From the NCBI GenBank assembly GCA_021463845.1, contig JAJTXV010000005.1, positions 67,718-131,717 on the forward strand: 64,000 bases of DNA, given 5' to 3'. The translations under genes and the position numbers were made by a program. Numbering within the stretch: the stretch's first letter is position 1; each line of letters begins with the position of its first letter. This document shows positions 27,658 through 36,916 of this stretch, piece by piece. Under the pieces are notes generated by a model. The model saw nothing but the letters and a program-made list of their open reading frames with translations. It made no database searches and was not told the origin of the DNA. Source of the DNA: Anaerolineales bacterium (lineage in GTDB: Bacteria; Chloroflexota; Anaerolineae; Anaerolineales; UBA11579).

Positions 27658-29661
27658 CTAAATGCTCACTTTGATTACTTTCGTGGTGTCGTTGCCGAGG
27701 ATATCAATTACTTTGACCATTACCGTGTATGTGCCCGCTTCCTCATAAACATGGCCAGTCTTTAACTGTAAGCTCGGCTCCTGTCGAGTGCGATAGGTCT
27801 GCCATTGATTATGGAAAGTATCTGCCTTGTTATCCCAGTCCACCGCCCAATAATCGATCCACTGCGACCAGTGTTTGATCGCTTTTTGCACATCATCCGG
27901 CACATCATCCGGCGGAATCGTGAAATCTTTCAATTCGAGGAACAGCTCGCTTTTCTTAACCCTTGTATCCACTGCCAGCGCCGCCAACTCAAAGAATTTG
28001 ACATCCCCCTGTTCTACCGCCTTGGGATCCATTACTTCACGGGGGATTTTGAGGCAGCGCAGGTTGATGCCAGCATCTCTGGCCTGTTGGATACCCACCT
28101 CATTAATTTCAAATGCAAAATCCCAACCCAACACATCTACTGCAGCCTCTTTGGGAGCATCTTTGCCAGTACCAATGGCTTTTTTAAACTCGATAGCGAT
28201 CTGGGTAATGTCACCCAGTGCGACGGGGGAATCTACTGAGCCGACATGCACCATACGGCCACCTTTGATACCGTGCAGCCAGGCATAGCCCTCAATGGGC
28301 CGCGCCGAATAAAGTTCAAGAAGGAAATTGCGATAGTCCTTTTGTAGGGCTTCGGCGCGCTTCTTGCTACCGAATTCCACTGTTTGCCAGGCTTGACGCT
28401 CGTATTTGCCAAGATTCTGAACGACAAACGGCTTCACATCGGTAATCCCCAACAGGCGCTTACGGGCGGTATGGATAGCAAAACGGCCAAGGTCACAAGC
28501 AATCCAACGACGGTCCAGCTTTTCGGCGACGGCTGCCGTCGTACCTGAGCCACTAAAGCAATCGAGAACAACATCACCTTCAACCGAAGCTAAGGAAATA
28601 ATTCTCTCAAGTAGTGCTTCACTTTTTTCTGTTGGATAACCAGTCTTAGACGCATAGACAGGTATACCCGACCAGATAGTGTCAGCAATCCTGAGTTCTG
28701 CTGGTTCTCTCCAGTACTGGGGGCGCCCTTCATTAGACGACCTTCTTATAAACTCTAGGTTACTTCCAGTATCTCTCCAGTATTCTACAAGTGTTCTTCC
28801 TCCAGATTCTTTTAGGAACTTTTCGTAATTTGCAACAGCTTGTAGTGCTCTTTCCTCTCGCCACACCCACTGTCCCGTAGTTGGCGTGATTCCGAAGAGC
28901 TCATATCGCATAGTTGGGCGATCAGCAGTGCTCCAGAAGTGGTGCCAATGACCTTCTAGGTTCCCTGGATTATGTTTTTCTATCCAAAAAGCTTCGAAAC
29001 GCGTTTCTGGTTTTTTTGTGTACCAAAAAAGAACATCATGCCTCACTTGAAGTTTCTGTATCTCTTTGAATTGTTGCTGCAAATTCTTAACAGCTCGCCC
29101 CGGAAGAATAATTTCATTTCTGAAATTGTCAGGGCCGAAGATTCCGTCCAATACAACCTTTATATAATAGGCGACATGGTAGTCTAGATGAACAAAGATA
29201 CTGCCTTTGTCAGTTAGTAGCTCAGAAAGAATTAGAGCTGTTTCGTTGAACCATGTAAGATAAGAATCAAGACCCCGTCCCCACGTATCTCGATATGCCT
29301 TTAATTCAACTGCACTAGGCTCCTTCCTAAAAGTTGCCCCATCGTCGAGAGTTCCTTCAGGCGCCTCTGGAACAGTTGCGGTATAAGAAAAGTCTGCTCC
29401 TACATTAAAAGGCGGATCAATATAGATTAGATCTACCTTCCCTGCGAACCCATCCAGCAAAGAGGGCAATACATACTTCTTGTCCCCCCAGATCAGGCGA
29501 TTGCGCCACTCGGTCTGCCTACCGCCGAAATCGAGTGACATTTGGCGCTGCTGCACACTCTCGCTAACCGTTTCTACGGTTTGAAAAGGTAGTTTCACCC
29601 GCAATGGGGCTACGCGGTTGCCATCCTTGTCGTATTTTCCATCCCAAATTAGTTCGACCAT
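27658..29661 (-). CDS. beta-class DNA methyltransferase (type III Mod-like) with C-terminal PKD-like domain
   Basis: The start is taken at the internal ATG (MVELIWDGKYDKDG...). Motif IV (LIYIDPPFNVGADF) precedes motif I (VLDCFSGSGTTAAVAEKL), which is the beta-class order. The C-terminus TGHVYEEAGTYTVMVKVIDILGNDTTKVIKVSI is PKD-like. Confidence 0.85.
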   Translation of the reverse strand: MVELIWDGKYDKDGNRVAPLRVKLPFQTVETVSESVQQRQMSLDFGGRQTEWRNRLIWGDKKYVLPSLLDGFAGKVDLIYIDPPFNVGADFSYTATVPEAPEGTLDDGATFRKEPSAVELKAYRDTWGRGLDSYLTWFNETALILSELLTDKGSIFVHLDYHVAYYIKVVLDGIFGPDNFRNEIILPGRAVKNLQQQFKEIQKLQVRHDVLFWYTKKPETRFEAFWIEKHNPGNLEGHWHHFWSTADRPTMRYELFGITPTTGQWVWREERALQAVANYEKFLKESGGRTLVEYWRDTGSNLEFIRRSSNEGRPQYWREPAELRIADTIWSGIPVYASKTGYPTEKSEALLERIISLASVEGDVVLDCFSGSGTTAAVAEKLDRRWIACDLGRFAIHTARKRLLGITDVKPFVVQNLGKYERQAWQTVEFGSKKRAEALQKDYRNFLLELYSARPIEGYAWLHGIKGGRMVHVGSVDSPVALGDITQIAIEFKKAIGTGKDAPKEAAVDVLGWDFAFEINEVGIQQARDAGINLRCLKIPREVMDPKAVEQGDVKFFELAALAVDTRVKKSELFLELKDFTIPPDDVPDDVQKAIKHWSQWIDYWAVDWDNKADTFHNQWQTYRTRQEPSLQLKTGHVYEEAGTYTVMVKVIDILGNDTTKVIKVSI

Positions 29662-29841
29662 GTGCGGATTATAAGGCAGTTGGTGTCCAACACCTTGACA
29701 CCCTGCTCCAATCACGCAGCCTGCGCGCAATTATTGGTATACCGCCTGCATGCCTACCTTTAGGGAATACAGCTTTTCCAGATATCTTTTTAGCTGCACC
29801 CCCTACCCCCACCCACAAAACGAACAACATCTTCTCTACTC

Positions 29842-31215
29842 TTACGGATAAATGCGGTTAAGCCAGTCCATCGGCTCCACCGAGACGCCGCCCACCCACA
29901 CCTCCCAGTGCAGATGCGCGCCGGTGATGCGCCCGGTGGCGCCCACCAGGCCGATCACCTGGGTGGTCTGCACTTGGTCGCCCACATTCACCAGAATTTG
30001 CGACTGGTGGAAGTAGCCGGTGTACACGCCCCAGCCGTGGTCAATGATGGTCACATTGCCGCGCACATCCAGCGGGCCGGCAAACACCACCGTGCCCGGC
30101 GCCGGCGCCCAGATCTCGATCCCCACCCCGCCGCCAAAATCCACGCCGTAGTGGTAGTTCTCGTATTCGCCATTGTTGTAGCTGCGGTGGATGCCGAAGC
30201 TGGAGTTGATCACATTGATATACGGGTGCGGCGCGCCCCAATACCCGGCCCAGCGCTTTTCGGGCGTGGCGGCCATCACCATGTCGTAGACCTGCTGCAT
30301 CTCGCGCTCCGAGAGTTCCGGGTTGAGCAGCGCCGGGTCGTTGACGGTCAGCGTCTCGCTCTCGTAGCCGCCGCTGGCGATGCGCACCGGCTGCGTGAAC
30401 GAGAACGGCGTGCCATCGGCCAGCGTGCCCGCCAGCGTCAAGTCAAAGGTGCCGGTCTCGGCATACAGCGGAATGCCCTGCAAGGCCACCTGCTGGCTGT
30501 CAGATTCTGGGAAGAAATTGAGCGGGAAGCCGAAGAACTCGCCGCCCATCTGGATATCGGGGTCGGTGACGGCGTTGATCACCACGGTGCGCCCCTGTAC
30601 AAAACCGATGCCCTCGACCTCAACGAACTGGACGCCGCTAGGCAGGCCGCCGGGGCCAGGCGCCTGGCGACCGGGGGTGAACACCACATCGCCCGGCACG
30701 GCCCATGCGCCGGGCAGCTGGTTGTACGCCATCAGCGCCCAGGGGTTGTCGCCGCTGGCCGCGGCCAGCTCCCACAGGGATTGGCCGGCGGCCACCACGC
30801 TGCGGGCGCTGCCGGTCAGCTCGCCGTGGTCGCTGGCCAGCATGGCCGGGAAGCCGTAGTACATCTGCTCCGGGCTGGTGAGCTGATTGAGCCGCGCCAT
30901 ACCCTCGTCGGAGAGCAGGTAGCGGCGTTTGAGGCTCAAGTAATTGTCGCCCAGGGCCACATTCTGGAAGAACAGCGTGCCCTCCACCCAGTCGATCCCG
31001 GGGATGATGAGCACATCGCCCACATTCAGGGCGTTGGGGTTGGCCAGCTCGCTGGCGGCGATGATGTCGTTGATGGGCACATTGAAGCGCAGCGCAATGC
31101 TGGAGAGAGTATCGCCGGGCTGCACGGTGTAGCGCACGCCCTCCTCTTCTTCCTGCTGGGCGTAGACGGGTTGAACAGCCGTGGCTAACAGCAGGATGGC
31201 GACAAGTGCAACCAT
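29842..31215 (-). CDS. secreted LysM + M23 family metallopeptidase
   Basis: Signal-like N-terminus MVALVAILLLATAVQPVYA. The LysM domain is YTVQPGDTLSSIALRFNVPINDIIAASEL...GDVLIIP. The M23 motifs are HYGVDFGG and GATGRITGAHLHWEV. The start is uncertain because the longer ORF (to 31437) runs through a repeat and overlaps the upstream gene. Confidence 0.85.
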   Translation of the reverse strand: MVALVAILLLATAVQPVYAQQEEEEGVRYTVQPGDTLSSIALRFNVPINDIIAASELANPNALNVGDVLIIPGIDWVEGTLFFQNVALGDNYLSLKRRYLLSDEGMARLNQLTSPEQMYYGFPAMLASDHGELTGSARSVVAAGQSLWELAAASGDNPWALMAYNQLPGAWAVPGDVVFTPGRQAPGPGGLPSGVQFVEVEGIGFVQGRTVVINAVTDPDIQMGGEFFGFPLNFFPESDSQQVALQGIPLYAETGTFDLTLAGTLADGTPFSFTQPVRIASGGYESETLTVNDPALLNPELSEREMQQVYDMVMAATPEKRWAGYWGAPHPYINVINSSFGIHRSYNNGEYENYHYGVDFGGGVGIEIWAPAPGTVVFAGPLDVRGNVTIIDHGWGVYTGYFHQSQILVNVGDQVQTTQVIGLVGATGRITGAHLHWEVWVGGVSVEPMDWLNRIYP

Positions 31216-31280
31216 GACCGTCTTTGCGAGCCGCTTTGCGGCGAAGCAATCCCCAAGGTGGTTTGCAAAACTAGCCAGGG

Positions 31281-31339
31281 GATTGCTTCGGGGCTGAAAG
31301 TTGCATGAAAATGCAACTTTCAGCACTCCTCGCAATGAC
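31281..31339. repeat. family-B variant hairpin (gattgcttcg...gctgaaagttgcat-gaaa-atgcaactttcagc...ctcgcaatgac)
   Basis: Perfect inner hairpin at 31293-31324. The termini are shared with the 53947-53994 palindrome and the 36917/37081 copies. Confidence 0.7.
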
Positions 31340-31375
31340 AGTTGGGGGAGCAACCCTCGTAATGACACGAAGAGG

Positions 31376-31744
31376 CTAAATATCTTCAAACGCAATCTGG
31401 TCACCAAGTTGGAATTCGGCATAGCGGCTCGGCGCACACTCTATCACATAGCGCGCCGCTGTGCGGGGCAGCAGCACGCTGCGCCAACGCCGTGCCAATT
31501 GAACGTCAACGACGTTCAATTGGCTGTCCAGCCACACCACGCACAGATCGAACGCCATGCCCAGCATATGGATGCTGGCGCCCGCCCGGCTCTCGGCCGG
31601 CTCGGCCAGCACCAGGCCCTCGCCAGCCGCCAGCCGGCGCCGGAAGGCCAGCCCGCGCAGCTTATCGAAGAAGCCATCAGCAAAGCCCGCTTGCAGCGGG
31701 CTTTTTAGCGGGCGGGTGCGGTTATGTATGCTTACTTGACGCAT
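31376..31744 (-). CDS. DUF192 domain protein
   Basis: 122 aa. The segment GLAFRRRLAAGEGLVLAEPAESRAGASIHMLGMAFDLCVVWLD follows the DUF192 pattern (G..f...l....Gml......ihm.gm.fplD). Confidence 0.7.
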   Translation of the reverse strand: MRQVSIHNRTRPLKSPLQAGFADGFFDKLRGLAFRRRLAAGEGLVLAEPAESRAGASIHMLGMAFDLCVVWLDSQLNVVDVQLARRWRSVLLPRTAARYVIECAPSRYAEFQLGDQIAFEDI

Positions 31745-31774
31745 GTGGGGATAGCTGCCGCCGCAGCGTGCAGC

Positions 31775-32185
31775 TTAGTTACCAGTTTCGGCGGCCTGGC
31801 CCTGGCGTTCCAGTACCGCTTCTACGCGGTCCACCAGTTCCTGCAGGCTGAACGGCTTGGAAATGTAATCATCCACCTTGGCAATGTGCAGGCCAAGCAC
31901 TTTATCAATGTTCTGGGCCTTGGCAGTCACCACGACCACGGGAATGTGCTCGGTGGCCGGGTCCGCCTTGAGCTGCTGGTAGACCTGCCAGCCGTCCATC
32001 TCAGGCATCATCAGGTCCAGCAGCACAATATCGGGCAGCTCAGCCCGGATCAGCTCCAGGCCGCGCACGCCGCCATTGGCCCCCAGCACTTCGAATCCCC
32101 TGCGTCCAAGGATGAGCCGGATGAGATCGATCATCTCCTGCTCGTCCTCAACGCATACAACTTTGCGGGTCTGCTGGTCTGCCAT
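31775..32185 (-). CDS. stand-alone response-regulator receiver
   Basis: The start is taken at MADQQTRKVVCVEDEQ. The phospho-acceptor context is IVLLDLMMPEMDG, followed by VVVTAKA and KPF. Confidence 0.8.
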   Translation of the reverse strand: MADQQTRKVVCVEDEQEMIDLIRLILGRRGFEVLGANGGVRGLELIRAELPDIVLLDLMMPEMDGWQVYQQLKADPATEHIPVVVVTAKAQNIDKVLGLHIAKVDDYISKPFSLQELVDRVEAVLERQGQAAETGN

Positions 32186-32372
32186 GGCTAGTTGAAAGAG
32201 TCTACCACGCAGCGGATTATGACCCAGTAGTACGATAGTAAGCGAACAAAACAATTAGCAAACAGTAATTTTTTGGTTGTGTTCGCCTCGGGCAGCTGAG
32301 TGCCTGGCAATTGCGCAACACTATCTAGGCTATAATGCCCGCCGTTATATTGGCTTATAAAAGGAAAACTCA

Positions 32373-32930
32373 ATGATCGATGTAAATGACCTGCGCAAGG
32401 GGGTGACCTTTGAAGAAGACGGTCACCTGTTCAAAGTTCTGGAATATTCGCACAACAAGCCTGGCCGCGGCAGCGCCACCATCCGCATCAAGGCCCGCAA
32501 CCTGCGCACCGGCGCCATCACCGAACGCACTTGGAACTCCGGCATGCGCGTGCAAGACGTGCGGCTGGACTTCCACAATGTCCAGTTCCTCTACAAGGAC
32601 GGCGACAACTACATCTTCATGGATCACGAGACCTTTGAGCAGCCCGCTCTGCCCTCTGAGGTGCTGGGCGACTCGGCCCCCTACCTCAAAGCCGGCATGG
32701 ACGCCAAGCTGACCTTCTACGGCGAGGAGCCGCTGGACGTGGAGCTGCCCACCACCGTGGACCTGGAAGTGACCCAGGCGGAGATCGCCGTGCGCGGCGA
32801 CACCGCCACCGGCGTGAACAAGCTGGTGACCACGGAGACCGGCCTGCAGGTGCAGGTGCCAGCCTTCGTCAACCAGGGCGATACCATCCGAGTCGACACC
32901 CGCACGGGTGAGTACGTCACGCGAGTTTAA
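32373..32930 (+). CDS. efp: translation elongation factor P
   Basis: 185 aa. It begins MIDVNDLRKGVTFEEDGHLFKVLEYSHNKPGRGSATIRIKARNLRTG. An AAAGGAAAA RBS lies upstream. Confidence 0.95.
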   Translation: MIDVNDLRKGVTFEEDGHLFKVLEYSHNKPGRGSATIRIKARNLRTGAITERTWNSGMRVQDVRLDFHNVQFLYKDGDNYIFMDHETFEQPALPSEVLGDSAPYLKAGMDAKLTFYGEEPLDVELPTTVDLEVTQAEIAVRGDTATGVNKLVTTETGLQVQVPAFVNQGDTIRVDTRTGEYVTRV

Positions 32931-32937
32931 TCTTGCC

Positions 32938-33013
32938 GCAGATAAACGCAGATGAACGCTGATACTGCTTTCTATCTGCGGCGTTGCGCAGCAACGCACT
33001 TTATCTGTGGATA
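32938..33013. repeat. family-E repeat cluster (cagataaacgcagatgaac ... tatctgcgg ... ttatctgtgg)
   Basis: It shares the ttatctgtg/cagataaac core with 40184-40203, 41086-41131 and 49079-49098. Confidence 0.65.
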
Positions 33014-33023
33014 GAATTCCCTC

Positions 33024-33353
33024 ATGATCACTCCTGCCGGCCGCGAGTGCCGCCATTTCCACGGCGACTACTTCCGCGGCCGAAACATTGAGCGCTGCCG
33101 CTTGCTGGATGCCTATCGGCTGCCCTGGACGCCCGACCTGTGCACAGACTGCCCAGTGCCCGAGATCCTGGCCGCCAACGCCTGCGAGCATCAATCACTG
33201 GTGCCGCGCATCCACAAGCCGCTGTTCTTCATGAAGCCCGCCGTGCAGGTCACCGCTGAATGCAGTCAGTGCCAATGCACGGTCGAGGAGCCCCGCATCG
33301 GCTGCGGCCAGTGCCACCCATTGCCGGGTGTGTTTGTGGTGGGACCCGAGTGA
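33024..33353 (+). CDS. small Cys-rich protein (zinc-ribbon-like), hypothetical
   Basis: 109 aa with paired Cys motifs (CTDC, CSQCQC, CGQC) plus an N-terminal C...H.H...C. No family recognised. Confidence 0.4.
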   Translation: MITPAGRECRHFHGDYFRGRNIERCRLLDAYRLPWTPDLCTDCPVPEILAANACEHQSLVPRIHKPLFFMKPAVQVTAECSQCQCTVEEPRIGCGQCHPLPGVFVVGPE

Positions 33354-33363
33354 GGCTGGTGCT

Positions 33364-33497
33364 GCGTTACTACTCGGCTGCGCCGAGTAGTAACGCCAAC
33401 GCGTGGCGGAAGCCACGCAAGATTTCAGAATTAAGAAGTAAGAATTTCGTTGCATGCAAGCATCACTTCATAATTCTGACTTCTGCATTCTCACTTG
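33364..33497. repeat. composite of a family-C hairpin (gcgttactactcggctgcgccgagtagtaacgc + gcgtggcggaagccacgc) and a family-F copy
   Basis: Hairpins read directly from the sequence. The same C module followed by aacgccaacgcgtgg recurs at 54194-54255. Confidence 0.7.
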
Positions 33498-33535
33498 CAT
33501 TTTGAGCTACACTCAACTCTTCGCTCACTTCCATC

Positions 33536-34429
33536 ATGACTCCCCGAACTAAAGCCATTTGGCTCACTCTCCTCGTCACCTTCCTGTGGTCCACCTCGTG
33601 GGTGCTGATCAAGATCGGCCTGGGCCAGATCCCGCCCCTGCTGTTCGCCGGGTTGCGCTACGGTCTGGCCTTCGTGATCATGCTGCCATGGCTGCTGCGC
33701 CCCGCCGCCCGGCGGGAGCTGGCTGGCCTGCAGCGCAATGACCTCATTGCACTGGCCTTGCTGGGCCTTGTAATGATCGCCATCACGCAAGGCGCCCAGT
33801 TCATTGCGCTGGCACATATACCCGCCCATACTCTGAGCCTGCTGCTTAGCCTCAGCACCTTGTCGATCGCTTTCCTCGGCGTACTGTTCCTGGGCGAGCA
33901 TTTGCACGGCCGCCAGTGGATGGGCGTGGCCGTCACGCTGATCGGCGCTTTCATTTACTTCGGCCGCCTCGGCGCGGTCTCCATGTTTGGGCTGGCAGTC
34001 GGCGTGCTCAACCTGCTAGCCACTTCCATCGGAGCCATCCAGGGCCGGGCGCTTAACCGGCAGGCCAAGCTCTCCGCCCTCACCGTCACCGGTGTGAGCA
34101 TTGGCGTGGGCTCCGCCGCCCTGCTGGCGCTCGGCTTGCTCACCGAGCCGTGGCCTACCCTCAGCGGGCGTGAGTGGCTGATCATCATCTGGCTGGCCGC
34201 GGTCAATACGGCTTTCGCATTCACGTTGTGGAATCACACCATGCGCACCCTGCCCGCCGCCGAATCCGGCGTGATCAACAACACCATGCTGATCCAGATC
34301 GCCATCCTGGCCTGGGTCTTCCTGGGCGAGCGCATCACGCCCATGCAGGGCGTGGGCTTGCTCCTAGCCGCGGCGGGCACCGTATTGGTGCAGTGGAAGC
34401 GGCGCAGCGCACAGATTCCCAAAACCTAG
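33536..34429 (+). CDS. EamA/DMT-superfamily transporter
   Basis: 297 aa with ten TM helices in two EamA-like halves (LWSTSWVLIKIGL... and LAAVNTAFAFTLWNHTMRTL). Confidence 0.85.
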   Translation: MTPRTKAIWLTLLVTFLWSTSWVLIKIGLGQIPPLLFAGLRYGLAFVIMLPWLLRPAARRELAGLQRNDLIALALLGLVMIAITQGAQFIALAHIPAHTLSLLLSLSTLSIAFLGVLFLGEHLHGRQWMGVAVTLIGAFIYFGRLGAVSMFGLAVGVLNLLATSIGAIQGRALNRQAKLSALTVTGVSIGVGSAALLALGLLTEPWPTLSGREWLIIIWLAAVNTAFAFTLWNHTMRTLPAAESGVINNTMLIQIAILAWVFLGERITPMQGVGLLLAAAGTVLVQWKRRSAQIPKT

Positions 34430-34500
34430 CCAAATTAGCCCGTATCCCTGCCGTACAGGCTGGGTTATAAAGTTAACCAGCTCCACGAAGGGCATCAAAA

Positions 34501-35757
34501 ATGAAAAAACGTATCGTAATCACCGGCTTGGGCTGTCTAAGCCCGCTTGGCAATGACATCGAAAGTTCCTGGAAGAACGCCGTGGCTGGCGTCTCCGGCG
34601 CAGGCCGCATCACCCACTACGACCCCACTGGCTACAAAACCCAGATCGCCTGCGAGGTCAAAGGCTTCGATGGCGCCGCACTCTACGGCACGCGTGAAGC
34701 CCGCCGCATGGACCGTTTCACCCAGCTCGGTGTCGCCGCCGCCCAGCAAGCCGTGCAGGATGCTGACCTCAAGATCACCGACGAGAACCGCCTGCGCATC
34801 GGCGCCATTGTGGGCACCGGCATCGGCGGCGCTCACACGCTTTACGAGCAGATCAAGACCCTAGTGGAAAAAGGGCCTGACCGGGTCAGCCCGTTCATGG
34901 TGCCGATGATGCTGGCCGACACGGTCGGCGGCATGATCGCCATCCATATGCAGATCCAAGGCCCCAACTTCGCCGTGGTGACTGCCTGCGCCACTGGCAC
35001 CAATGCCCTCGGCGAAGCCGCCGAGGTCATCCGCCGCGGCCAGGCCGACGTGATGCTGGCGGGCGGCTCGGAAGCCGCCATCGTCCAGCCCTCCGTGGCC
35101 GGCCTGGGCAACATGACCGCCCTTAGCACCCGCAACGATGACCCGCTGCACGCCTCGCGCCCCTTCGATAAAGAACGTGACGGCTTTGTAATGGGCGAAG
35201 GCGCCGCAGTGCTAGTGCTCGAGTCACTTGAGCACGCCCTCAAGCGCGGCGCCCGCATCCTGGGCGAGGTGCTTGGGTACGGCAGCACCAACGATGCCTT
35301 CCACATCTCCGCCCCGTCTGAGAATGGGCGCGGCGCAGCCGACTGCATGCGCATGGCTCTCAACGACGCCGGCGTCCAGCCCGAAGAGATCGATTACATC
35401 AACGCCCACGGCACCAGCACCCCGCTGAACGACAAGAGCGAGACCGCCGCCATCAAGACCGTCTTCGGGGAGCGGGCTTATGACATGGCCATCTCCTCCA
35501 CCAAGTCCATGACCGGCCACTTGATGGGCGCCGGCGGTGCGCTGGAGGCCGTGTTCTCACTACTGGCCATGCGTGACGGCATCGTGCCGCCCACCATCAA
35601 CTATGAAGTCCCCGACCCCGAGTGTGACCTCAACTACACGCCCAACACCGCCGTTCGCAAAGAGATGAACACCATCATGTCGAACTCCTTTGGTTTTGGC
35701 GGCCACAATGCCACCATCATCCTGGGCTCGGCGCAGGATGTGAAAGCAGCCGCCTGA
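34501..35757 (+). CDS. fabF: 3-oxoacyl-ACP synthase II
   Basis: 418 aa. The active-site Cys is in [10 protein letters not shown], the His residues are in [11 protein letters not shown] and [11 protein letters not shown], and the C-terminus includes [10 protein letters not shown]. Confidence 0.95.
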   Translation: MKKRIVITGLGCLSPLGNDIESSWKNAVAGVSGAGRITHYDPTGYKTQIACEVKGFDGAALYGTREARRMDRFTQLGVAAAQQAVQDADLKITDENRLRIGAIVGTGIGGAHTLYEQIKTLVEKGPDRVSPFMVPMMLADTVGGMIAIHMQIQGPNFAVVTACATGTNALGEAAEVIRRGQADVMLAGGSEAAIVQPSVAGLGNMTALSTRNDDPLHASRPFDKERDGFVMGEGAAVLVLESLEHALKRGARILGEVLGYGSTNDAFHISAPSENGRGAADCMRMALNDAGVQPEEIDYINAHGTSTPLNDKSETAAIKTVFGERAYDMAISSTKSMTGHLMGAGGALEAVFSLLAMRDGIVPPTINYEVPDPECDLNYTPNTAVRKEMNTIMSNSFGFGGHNATIILGSAQDVKAAA

Positions 35758-36860
35758 TGCCCTACGCACACGTCACCGGCTGGGGAATGTCCGTGCCAGA
35801 GAAAGTCATGACCAATGACGATCTGGCCAAGATCGTAGAGACCAACGACGCCTGGATCCGCGAGCGCACCGGCATTGCCGAGCGCCGCATCGCCGCCAAA
35901 GGGCAGACCACCGCCTCGCTGGCCGCCGAGGCCGCCATCAATGCCCTGCGTGTCGCCAAGCTGCCGCCCAACGAGCTTGACCTCATCATCGTCGCCACCT
36001 CTTCGCCCGAGCACCTGTTTCCTTCCACAGCCAGCCTGGTGCAAGACCGCATAGGCGCTGACCACGCTGGCGCCTTTGACCTCTCGGCAGCCTGCACGGG
36101 CTTTATCTACGCGCTGAGCATGGCTTCGCAGTCCATCCGCAGCGGCGCCATCAAGAGCGCCCTCATCATCGGCTCCGAGACGCTCTCGCGCCTGGTGAAC
36201 TGGAACGACCGCACCACCTGCATCCTGTTTGGCGATGGCGCGGGCGCCTTCGTGCTGCAAGCTTCCGAGGAGCCGGGCGGCGTGCTGTCCTCCGTGCTGC
36301 GCTCGGACGGTTCCGGCGGCGATTTGCTCACCATCCCTGCCGGCGGCAGCGCCAAGCCCGCCTCGCAAGCCACCATTGATGCGGGCCAGCACTTCATTCA
36401 CATGAACGGCAATGAGGTCTTCCGCTTCGCCACTCGCGTAATGGCAGCGGCTTCCAAGGAAGCCATGGACAAGGCTAACCTGGCCGTGGAGGATGTGGCC
36501 CTCATCGTGCCGCACCAGGCCAACCTGCGCATCATCCAAGCCGCCGCCCGCGGCCTCAAGCTGCCCATGGAACGCTTCATGGTCAATATTGACCGCTACG
36601 GCAACACCTCCACCGCCTCCATCCCCATCGCGGTGTGTGAAGCCGTGGAAGAGGGCCTGCTGCGCAAGGGCGATAACTCCGTCCTGGTGGGTTTCGGCGC
36701 CGGGCTGACCTGGGGCTCGCTGGCCCTGCAATGGACCGGGCCCTTTGAGCAGGCCGAGCCGATCCGCATGCGCCGCTACACGCGCTTCGCCTGGCTGCGC
36801 TCGCTCATGCGCCGCATCTGGCGCCGCATCGAGGGCCTGCTGTGGGGCCGCCGCGGCTAA
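35757..36860 (+). CDS. fabH: 3-oxoacyl-ACP synthase III with ~40-aa Arg/Trp-rich C-terminal extension
   Basis: Motifs are DLSAACTGFIYAL (Cys), VPHQANLRI (His), YGNTSTASIP (Asn) and GFGAGLTWG. The extra tail is RRYTRFAWLRSLMRRIWRRIEGLLWGRRG. Confidence 0.9.
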   Translation: MPYAHVTGWGMSVPEKVMTNDDLAKIVETNDAWIRERTGIAERRIAAKGQTTASLAAEAAINALRVAKLPPNELDLIIVATSSPEHLFPSTASLVQDRIGADHAGAFDLSAACTGFIYALSMASQSIRSGAIKSALIIGSETLSRLVNWNDRTTCILFGDGAGAFVLQASEEPGGVLSSVLRSDGSGGDLLTIPAGGSAKPASQATIDAGQHFIHMNGNEVFRFATRVMAAASKEAMDKANLAVEDVALIVPHQANLRIIQAAARGLKLPMERFMVNIDRYGNTSTASIPIAVCEAVEEGLLRKGDNSVLVGFGAGLTWGSLALQWTGPFEQAEPIRMRRYTRFAWLRSLMRRIWRRIEGLLWGRRG

Positions 36861-36885
36861 GCCACAGCCAACTAGCAAACCAAAA

Positions 36886-36912
36886 CACGCTGCCTTCGGC
36901 AGCGTGTTTTTT
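36886..36912 (+). terminator. Rho-independent terminator after fabH
   Basis: cacgctgcc-ttcg-ggcagcgtg followed by tttttt. Confidence 0.7.
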
Positions 36913-36916
36913 ATCC

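Noticed and set aside
31216-31437. Longer N-terminal extension of the LysM/M23 peptidase ORF
   Set aside because: The extension runs through a family-B hairpin repeat and overlaps the 3' end of the DUF192 gene by 62 nt. The internal Met at 31215 immediately precedes a signal-peptide-like segment.
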